Assembly (NCBI GenBank): GCA_903813345.2
Contig: CAIIXF020000001.1
Coordinates: 12,462,001-12,526,000, forward strand
Source of the DNA: Owenia fusiformis
Lineage: Eukaryota
Direction: 5' to 3'
DNA length: 64,000 bases
Below the pieces are notes generated by a model. It saw nothing but the letters and a program-made list of their open reading frames with translations. It was not told where the DNA came from and did not search any database. Of the stretch, positions 49,301-59,000 are shown in pieces. Numbering within the stretch: the stretch's first letter is position 1; each line of letters opens with the position of its first letter. Position numbers and translations under genes: made by a program.

Positions 49301-51197
49301 ACACAAACTTTTTCTGAATGGATAATGTAAAAGCTCTTCATTTTCTGTTTCCTAAACATTTCTGGGTCTATATTTGTGCTACTATAGCTGTCATTCATGT
49401 TGTTCAAAGTACTTTGCTCATTGGAGATGACTACATTATATTTCACAAAAATTGCAATTGATTCAGTTCTTGTATCATTTTGTTTCTTGTAAATCTGACT
49501 GTTTGTCTGATAGCATGTAAAAATGTATCAGTTCAGTGTTGTATTTTGATTTTATTCTTATACCCTAAACAATGAAGAAAGGGAATGATGAAATAAGAAA
49601 TTATACTGATACAAAGGTTTCATGATGCATGTAATTTCAAGAAGAAAAGATTAACATTGGACAATCTGCAGCACTTAACTGCTACTTAGCAACTTGTAGA
49701 TCAAATAAAAACATTACACTGAATTGATACAAACTGGCTGCCCTATCCAATTTTCTTTGTGTTCCTTTATCCTTTTGGTACCTTCATTTAAAGCCTTAGT
49801 CACATTTGCTCTTAAATGGGCGAACGGCGGCTGTAGCTTCCCAAAATCGATATAGAAAATACACATCTTTCTGCTTATCCATATATTTTGTGCTGCATAT
49901 TTCTCTCGATTTTGGGAACCTACGTATGCCATAGATAAAATGTGACTAAGGCATTAGTCATCAGCTTCCCTTCCTTCCAAATAGGGTTATAACCTTAACC
50001 TAGCTTGCTTATCATTGCTTCCTGTAGGTCTTAGTACTGGCTCCATAAAATCTCCCACACCCAAAAAACAACAAGGAGTCACAAACCCACGAGTCAAACA
50101 AATCAAGATTAAAACAGGCAGTGTTAAAAGACTCCGTAAAGAGCTCAATGCTTATGAAAAAGAACTGAAAAACCAAGAAGCTAAGATAGCTTCAATGGTT
50201 AAGAATAAAGAAAATGAATATATGATTAAGAAGCAACATGAGTTGGCTGCTGAGACAAAACAAGCAATTCCAATGAGCAAACAGAAACTGCAAAAGACGA
50301 TACATGAGCTTACAATGTTAATGGATAGTGCTAAAGACTTCTCAGATACTGAGGAATATAAGATAGCTGAGATTGAACTGCAGTTATGATGATTGTTGTA
50401 TAGATTGGAATTCAGAAGTGAATGCAACCATGGCAGGTAACCATAGTGTTGGTTTTAAGGTTGACCATATGGGTGGTTTGACAAATTACCATTGTGCAAT
50501 CAGGTGATTTGACAAGTGACCATTGTGCATTTGGGTGGTTTGACAAGTGACCATTTTGCAATTGGGTGGTTTGACAAGTAACCATTTTGCATTTGGGTGG
50601 TTTGACAAGTGACCATTGTGTATTTGGGTGGTTTGACAAGTGACCATTGTGCATACGGGTGGTTTGACAAGTGACCATTTTGCAATTGGGTGGTTTGACA
50701 AGTAACCATTTTGCATTTGGGTGGTTTGACAAGTGACCATTGTGTATTTGGGTGGATTGACAAGTGACCATTGTGTATTTGGATGGCTTGATTGACAAGT
50801 GACTATTTTGCATTTTGGATTGTATTTGAGCTTTTTCATGTAACTGTCTGTAGTACTATGCTAAATGCTTTGCTTTTGTGTGTGTTCTTCTGTAATTCTC
50901 TGTGTGTGTGTAATGTTGTGTATAGATTTCAACTTACACTTCCGTAGTACCAATAGTGCCCAACAATTTTCTTTGTAAATATAGTGCTTACATTTAAAAT
51001 TCAAGAGTTATGTAATGTGTGATATTGCATCCATAAAGGCAGGTCCTTATAACTTTTTTTGTGTTACAGGTTCCCGAAGTGGATCAGGAGGTACACCCTC
51101 GTTGCGATCAGGGCCCAGCACACCAAAGAAATCTAGTTCAAGAACTGGGTCAGGCGGAGCAAATCAGCAAAGTAACCGTCCAACATCGAGAAATTAA
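37315..51197 (+). CDS. ARMC9: LisH domain-containing ciliary-tip protein ARMC9 (858-aa isoform)
   Basis: Coding exons 37315-37374, 38291-38416, 38773-38937, 39233-39388, 39556-39648, 40020-40035, 40163-40254, 40673-40747, 42050-42171, 42639-42771, 43124-43219, 43681-43771, 44831-44954, 45467-45606, 45975-46126, 46368-46458, 46770-46987, 47296-47384, 47571-47701, 48049-48163, 48508-48671, 51070-51197, all in phase. Signatures [58 protein letters not shown] probable 5'UTR exon ends near 36987. Confidence 0.93.
37384..38137 (+). mobile_element. HINE/DINE-1-like (Helentron-associated) element, interrupted by a hAT MITE
   Basis: TTTTTGGCTCACAC...GTGAGC 5' block, (GTCC)n microsatellite at about 37740-37783, and 3' GTGTGAGCACAGGAC...GTCCTTTATTTGT block with short hairpin. 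Confidence 0.6.
37397..37703. mobile_element. hAT MITE with 8-bp TSD
   Basis: GCTCACAC|TAGTGTTGTCGCGAT...ATCGCGACAACACTA|GCTCACAC; subterminal ATCGAT/CGATG motifs. Confidence 0.85.
39649..40019 (+). other. U12-type (minor spliceosome) GT-AG intron in ARMC9
   Basis: Donor GTATCCTT at 39649; branch site TCCTTAAC at 40002-40009, 10 nt before the end of the intron. Confidence 0.9.
44105..44593. mobile_element. hAT-like MITE with 14-bp TIR and 6-bp TSD
   Basis: CTATAC|CAGGCCTGTCAACT...AGTTGACAGGCCTG|CTATAC. Confidence 0.8.
45040..45138. mobile_element. Very short inverted-repeat MITE
   Basis: TAGTCTAGGTACAAG...CTTGTAGCTAGACTA. Confidence 0.4.
49792..49953. mobile_element. PIF/Harbinger-like MITE
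   Basis: TAA|AGCCTTAGTCACATTT...AAATGTGACTAAGGCA|TTA. Confidence 0.6.
50028..50389 (+). CDS. TBCA: Tubulin-binding cofactor A (TBCA) domain encoded as an alternative terminal exon of ARMC9 (predicted 936-aa fusion isoform)
   Basis: [20 protein letters not shown]...YEKE...YMIKKQ.E...E...IP...KD....EEYK aligns without gaps to TBCA as I remember it. No ATG upstream of the domain; acceptor TTGCTTCCTGTAG at 50027 is phase 1, matching the ARMC9 donor at 48671. Confidence 0.85.
50471..50817. repeat. 31-bp minisatellite (GGGTGGTTTGACAAGTGACCATTGTGCATTT), about 11 copies, with a 124-bp higher-order duplication
   Basis: Variant units starting 50533, 50564 and 50595 recur at 50657, 50688 and 50719; the array explains the spurious ORFs 50412-50839. 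Confidence 0.95.
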
Positions 51198-51682
51198 TCA
51201 TTTACAGTACTATATCTGTATAATGCAGTGTCTGTATGTAGTGTCCGGATCAAATACATACCAGGAATCACATAATTGGATTTACTTCAATTCTCTAAAG
51301 GCATCCTTACCAGTCAGTTATATGGATTACTTCTTATAGACTTACCAACTTCCCATATTTCTGTATGTAGGATCAATGTGCCCTTAACTCTGAAAACCAA
51401 GTGGCAAAATATGTCATTAATATGGCTTTCAATCAACCATATTCATCATTTCCCAGTTTTTGGATCTACTAATTTGGGAAAATAGCAGATATTTTGGATG
51501 TACTCCTTGAACTAGATATTTCACATTTTGGATTTACTCAACCAAGCAATTTGGTCGGCTATTTCTTTCATTGATGGATATGCTCAACTCAATATTTTTT
51601 CAGGTTTTCAACATATCAGATTTACACAAATTAGTCGATATTTTGGATATACATGTACATAATGGAATTCCTTTGTGAGGTT

Positions 51683-51840
51683 ATTTGGATATACTCAACT
51701 CAATTTCTTGGATTTACTCAACTTAATTTCTTGGATATACTCAACTTAATTTCTTGGATATAATCAACTTAATTTCTTTGATATACTCAACTTAATTTCT
51801 CGGATATACTCAACTTAATTTCTTGGATATATTCAACTCG
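51683..51840. repeat. 23-bp minisatellite (TTGGATATACTCAACTTAATTTC), about 7 copies plus degenerate flanking copies, in the ARMC9 3'UTR
   Basis: Tandem repeat read directly. Confidence 0.8.
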
Positions 51841-52528
51841 GTATCTTTTTCAGATATTCAACATATCAGATTTACTGATAAAGTTAGTTCACATTTTGGA
51901 GAATACAGTAATGGAATCCCTTTGTGATAATTTGGATATATTTATGATTTAACCATGCAATTCCAGTGGAATATTGTACCGTTTGCATGTACATGTACTG
52001 TTCCAGTACAGTACATGACACACTCATCTTTATTACCTGCAAGAGAGACTCCATATACAAGTACATGTATACCACCTTATTCAGATTATATAGGATGCAC
52101 TCAACTAAATAGATGGATATTTCCCCAGATTTTGTAGGTTGGGTAGAAATGGACTAGACACATTACCAAAACACTAAAGATTTATACATATAGGACACAA
52201 GTGTACCCTCTGTTTATACTTACTGTCTCTTGATTGATCTACTCAAATCATATTGCCATCCAATCTCAATTGACTGAACAGTTTTTGTAATGTATATGTT
52301 TACATTTGTTATTGTTTACAATTCTATACATGTGTACCCTAAAGTGTATATTTGAAATGTACATATATACAGTGACATGTATCTTGAAATGTATATATTA
52401 TTGTACATGTACTGTATATATTATAAATGTAAAGTTTAAATGTTTTAAATGTAAATATCATATTACATGTAAATGTACAATTTTAATCCAATCATATTTT
52501 ATTGAAAATCCATTATACAGAGTGTGTA

Positions 52529-52534
52529 AATAAA
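52529..52534 (+). terminator. Candidate ARMC9 polyadenylation signal AATAAA
   Basis: First canonical AATAAA I found downstream of the terminal exons; T-rich sequence follows. Confidence 0.35.
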
Positions 52535-53064
52535 AAGTTCATGTCATATTTTTCATAAGTACATGTACTTCACTTAACAATGGCATTTAACAGTGCTAAA
52601 ACTTTTTGTTGACTCAGGTTTGAAAACCCGATCAATATTTATTGACAAGATATCATTTATGTATGTTTAGATTTATACAGATCATTTTCTATATAAACTA
52701 TAGCGTTGGTGACATTGACTTAGATTAACTTAAATTATTGTTTTGTGTGTTGAATTAGTTGTAGAAGTGCAATTTTAGTATTAATATACGTATACATATA
52801 TGATTATGATGTTGCCATAATATAATCGCTTGTTACATTTTATCACTAAAGGTTTTATTATTTCCTATGCTACGATCATGCTGGAAATTACGTGTTATTA
52901 AAGATATTTATTATTTGAAGAATGAGTTCGTTGAGGAATCAGAATTTTCAAATATTTATTGTTAGTGAACTTTTCAAATGCAATGGTGTATCTTGGTAGT
53001 GTGTAAGTCGTAATATCATTCGCCAGTTCAAATATCAGTGGATTTTCAACTTTTTCAAGTTTTA

Positions 53065-56000
53065 TTAGCTTGTTTGAAATTTATCATGTACTTGAATGGT
53101 ATGTTCATCTCCACATTTCCACATTTTAACTGGTACCAGTTGTTGTTTGATGCTCCTCATCTCTCCCTCACAATCCTCCAGTTCATAGTCTACTGCCTCT
53201 AGTTTTAGCAGTGTTACATCAGCATCTCTGCCTGGAGAGAGACTTCCAAATTGACGGTTGAGCCTGGGGTTGTTTAGAATTGCAGCAGGTGTCTGGGTTG
53301 TTGCTTTGATTACCTCCTCAAGGGGCATTCCAATGTGAAGCATTTTAGTCATGACTGAAGGAAGGTCATATGAGGGTCCATTAATGTTACCAGAATGGAG
53401 ATCAGTGCTTACTATATTGGGCCAGAAGCCAGATTTAGCACATATTTCTGCCACTGTCCAACTAAAGGATCCCTGGCCATGTCCTAGATCAAATAGGACC
53501 CCATCATTCTGAGCTTGTACTACCTCTGGGTAAACCTAAACACATTGAAATGTCTTTGAATGTATGAAATTTCAACTTGAGTTTGGATATGATTTGATAT
53601 TGTCTTTCCTCTACATTAAAATATGCTATTTGTCTTTCACCAGATTTATATAAATCAATAAAATATTAATGATTGAATAATTTGATTGGTGAATTGATTT
53701 TCTTTTGAATGTATTTGGTAAAATGGCTAGATCATCACCTGTTTGGTAGCAGCATCTATTATGCTACTGGGGGATGCGTGGAATGAATGTGTATAGATGT
53801 CACCGGGTGACATGTCACCTGGGCAACACATCTTTCCATCTGAAATTAAAGAACATTTGTAAGGTAGCTTAAAACACCTGTTAAAGGGCAGTGTCTGTAA
53901 TTTTAATCCTAAATGAACTCAAAATATTTTTGATTTAAATTAACCTGTAACCTGCTTTTTCAAGACTGGTACAAACCCTCTTGCAAAAATATCTCTCCTA
54001 AAGCAGTATGATTCTGAGACAATTTCCAAACTGTTTTTTACTCCTTTTTTCATTTCAGTTTTAATTGGCAATAAATTCGTTATCATGCTTCAGTAATTAC
54101 AAAAAGAGGATTTAGGCTAATGTACTATATAGTGCTAACCTTGTATTCGGGAATGCAACTAACGCCTGTCAGCTACCGAATTAACCTAGTATTTTATGAC
54201 CAACTCCTTTATTGAATGGAATGGTGGTCGGTACTATTCATATTTAAAAATTAAATGAGTTTCCTATAAAATAGTAGGTAAATTCGGTAGCCGACAGGCG
54301 TTAGTTGTATTCGCGAATACAAGCTAAGTATTGATTAATTGTGTAAGTTAGCTTGTGAATAAGAAATACTTTGGGGTTATTGAGGATGATAATGACACAT
54401 ACAATATCTGAGTATTATCCCTTTAATATCAAATACAGGGTGACCCCAAAAAATGCCACCTACTTCCTCAATAATGAAGAAATCTTCATGGTTTTTTTGA
54501 AGAGTGTTCAATGGAAGAAAGATTGGTGTACTTGTATAGCATCAACAACTTAGAGATTTAACGTTTTTTGGGTCACCCTGTATTTACATGATAAATACAG
54601 TTCATGATTTCAACTTTTCAACCATACTATACAGTGAATGTATAATTCTTGAATAAAATTAAGAAAGAAATCAAATTCTATTTTATAATTGAGAACCAAA
54701 AATTAGGAGTGAGGAAGTGACTCACAATTTTTCTATGATAAGATTTTCATGTCCTATACAACTCTGTTTTTTTCAAATGTTGATAATTGATATGATGTTT
54801 ACAATAACCTTACCTCCTTTGAGGGTTGGACCATTTGGACTGGGGTATGTAACCTAATTCAAAAAATATTCTGGGCTTATATATTGTCTGGTACATCTGT
54901 ATTCTTAATGCAAGGGGTGATCCAGATATTCTGATAAAATGCTCTTATTTCTTTATTATTGAGATTTAGATTTTGAAATTCCCACGCATATTAAGAATAA
55001 TTGATTTGGGTATAGGATGTAAAAATATAAATCTCTTTTGTGCAATATTCTCCTCATTGGAGATGATAATGGTTATCATGGCAACTGAAAACACAGCGTT
55101 ATAAGGATTCCACTTCATTTCTGAGAAATATTCCCCTTGTCATGTATAAAAAGATTATTTCCTCAGATCTAATGGATGACCCCAAAGCGTATTAATTATT
55201 ACGCAGACTTAGAGCCATTATCACCTGTCTCATGTTCTGCATATTATTCATTAATTGAGCCTACGTGCAAATCATGTTAATTATTATATTGTATGTTGTT
55301 GGACCTTGTTTCTGAATGGGTATCGTTGAGAATGTATGGTGTATCATCAATGGTGTTCCAGTACGCTGGGCCGCTTCTTTGGCTCGTCTAAAATCAAGCA
55401 CATATTTTCTGTTAGCAAGTTGGCATCAGATTAAGCCTAATTTTAGGGTTCATTCAATAGTATTAGTTCCAATGATAACTATAGATGTCAGGCTTGGACC
55501 ATGTTTTCTCTTTACACTAATAACTTACACAAAATGGCTGCCCTTTAATAATACATCAAAGTACGATTGGCACAGTGTGGGGGGGGGGTTCGATGGGCTC
55601 GAGCAACCCACTCCCCCCTGGCCATAAAATCGGTTCAAAATCATGCAATTTTTCATCATTCTAAGCACTTTTTAAGTGATTTTAGCCATTTCTGGACCAA
55701 AGTTGTTGGCCTGGTCTGTATAATTCTATTATAAATGATCTATTGATATCTTTCATTTAGCTATTCATGTAGTAAAGAAAAGATAGGAGATCATAATAGA
55801 TTTTCAATCAAGGGCTCCCTGAAAAAATCCAAGCTTACATTCAAGACTAGAAAAATAATTAGAATATTACTCCAGAAGCTGACCTATATATTTCTTCTTC
55901 ATTTGCGCCATCGTTTGCTACATTGGCAGTGAGGCGCACCTTGACCCCTACGACCAGATCTCTATTATCTTCTATGGCCTTGATGCACATCTCTGTATCC

Positions 56001-59000
56001 ACTTGGTTCAGGCAGTCACTCTCTCCCCCAATGCCTACAATGTATTGTTGGGTTGCATCACAAAATATATACAGATCTAGATGGTTGGAATGGGGAGGGG
56101 GTTTAGGTAAAATGAACTAAATTTGGTGTAACGCTTCACTTTATGTCCTGAATATATATTATGTATCAAACTGGACATTCAGAAGAACATCTGGTTTAAA
56201 AAGTTTGTTTTGTTGAAACCCTCTTGTATATACTTCGTTCTTTTTGCTTTAAAAGGATGAAGTGCAACCAATTCTGTAGATGTCCTAGATTTAAACTGAA
56301 AACTCTATAAGGAATACAAGCCCTTATGAAAATAGCTAGTGGTATGTATGCAACATGAGAAAGAGAGAATGTCAGTATATTATAACACCAGTGTTTAACT
56401 TTTTTCTGATGGGATGATATTATCGCAAATTGTATTTCATATATTTTTGTTATCATCCAATCTGCATTCTGTTTATGAGATTTTCATTTTTTCTTATTTG
56501 TTCTTCCAACAATATTCATAGAAAATTGTTTAGCAAATGTTAACAATGTTTCTCAATTCAAGGTTTTGATGAATTGAGTTGTTGATAAAAACAATTGGAG
56601 AACATGTAATTAAATATTCAAACAGATTCAGGATATCATACAGATGATGTGTTTATGATAATAACTTCACATAATGATGGTTTATAATTTTCATAGATAC
56701 ACCTGTTTATCATTAACACACATTAACAACTTTACATTATGTAAGTCTGTCTATTAAATGAGGTTATCAAGTGTGGTTGGCTACTTTTGTTGTTTTGGGT
56801 ATGTTAATAATAAAAAGCATTCTTTTATTAATTGTGTTTCCATAACAACAATGTACATGTATTTTTAGTTAATAACAACTCTTATTATTTGATGTTTTGC
56901 ATCTTCATTTATACACAGTGAAGGTTGACTAAAGGTCTGCTTAATCCTCTCATCGTCTCTTATTGTACTCAGGGTAAAGAACCTGTGGTTACCATGGCAA
57001 CTGATTAATGTTTCTCTAATACACGGATCTGTATGAATAGATAGGATTATGGAGAGTTGATTGGAAATATATTCATCCTTGTATTGGCTGGAATCAAATC
57101 TCCTGTTTTCTGTTAGACATCATTGTGTGTTGTCTATGAAACTCTAATCAAACTTAGAATGTTGAATTGATTATCAGATGTATGCATGAATCAAATTTCC
57201 TGGATATGGAGAGTTCTATGGTATTAGACATTCCAAGTATTACTACAAGATGAAGAACAGATTAAGGAAATAACAGAAATTATATTGATTCTCATCTTAG
57301 AGGAAGTGAGATGATTCCAGCTTGTAGGTTCTCTCTCTTTCCAGTGTGGCTTTCTTTTAGATTCCTTTCGTTAGAAATACAGTAAAACCTGTATATCCAC
57401 ACACCTTTTGAATCTGCACCGAAAATCTCTCAATGTGAACATTTCAGTCAAATTTTTGACTTATTTATAGAAAAACATATGCCATATAATGCCATAGACT
57501 TTCATGTTAAAAAAACTTGAAATGTGAACACCTGCCAATCCGAGCATGTTTGGCCAGTCTCAGTTGCATTTGGATAAGACAAGTTTGACTGTATAAGTCA
57601 GAATGTCAGTGTAAGACTTTGGGTGTGTAATACCTAAGTTGGGGAGATTTTTGATACATACCAAACCCTTTGGCACATCCAGCTGCTGCCATGCCATGGC
57701 TAGCAATATGGAGGAAGGCAAACACACTGGTCTTACTGGGCTCTGCAATGTACTTCCTCAACCCCATCAGAGTTGCAGCCCCTACAATGCACAGGGTTAT
57801 ATAAGTGCCATACAACCCCATAGGTAGATCAATATATGCTATTTGATGTAAATTTGAATTATACAACATGAAAATCATATTGATTTGGCTCTATGTGATG
57901 TTGGCTGAGTGATTTGTCACATATTTACAGTTTTTGTAATGCATCCCAGCCTATTGCCAGGTTAAATTTAGGTCTTCTTACAGGTTAACTTTCAGTCTAT
58001 AGCAGGTTAACTTTCAGTCTACTTTGGGTTTATGTCCCATGTTGAAATTGCATTAATCTTTAGACCTGGTAAACTCTCAATCTGTTCTTTAGTTTATTTG
58101 GTCCATTTTAGGTTAACAATGGGTCTACATTTTGTCTAGAGCTGGCAATGGGCTGGGAATCTGGGATGAGCCCCATTGTCATTTCAAATTGAGGAGAGGG
58201 AGCATGGTAGGCTGTCAAACTCTGTCAAACTAATTGTATTAGAATATTAATTCTATGAAATTATGTTGGGGTTCTCCTTTGCGAAATCATCTCTGGTCAC
58301 ATGAACAAATGACGTAGAGTTTCCTTGTGATTCATTCATTGATTGTTGTGGCAGCATGTTTTTGTATTCTAAAATATCGAAATGATGTACCCAGATTATC
58401 AAAAGTCTCAGTGTCTCCCTAATGAGAGGCTATTTCCTTTTAGCTTGGCATAACTGTATTTTTAATATTCAGTTTGATTATCTATTTCTTGCTGTTGAAT
58501 TCATATGACTCTTTATATACTCTTCATTCCTTGTTCATTTTGGCACAGATTTGCTAGGTGGATGTTTATAAAAGCATAAATTGATATCGATTGTTTTAAA
58601 TTGTTTTTGAGAAATCTATGTTCATGTGCTTGAGCATGATTAACGAGATCAATAAAACATAAAACATGGCGCCACGGTTGAGAACCTATGTATAAAACAA
58701 GATATAGAAGGTTGATTTATTGTAACCATTTAGGGATGGAAGAACGGTGTAATAGACAAAATTAATAACGTGAAAAATATAGTGGAAATGTCACAACTTT
58801 GGACACAACTGTCCATTCATTTACAAAGGAGAATGACCTGAATGGACATTTTCCTGGGGGTGTGGCTTAGACTGCAAATAAGGGACAACTACTAGTATAT
58901 TGTACAAGCAGCATCATAGATGGCATAACATAGCTTCATTATCTTCCCACTCAGTTCTCCCTTGTGTCCGAATTGAAAAATTGGAAACATGAAAAAATGG

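Noticed and set aside
50015-50389. TBCA as a stand-alone nested gene starting at the ORF-track TTG
   Set aside because: There is no ATG before the domain, the TTG lies in the polypyrimidine tract of the acceptor, and I found no separate ATG exon upstream.
50412-50839. Three overlapping minus-strand ORFs with repeated [15 protein letters not shown] motifs
   Set aside because: They are translations of a 31-bp minisatellite whose unit is not a multiple of 3.
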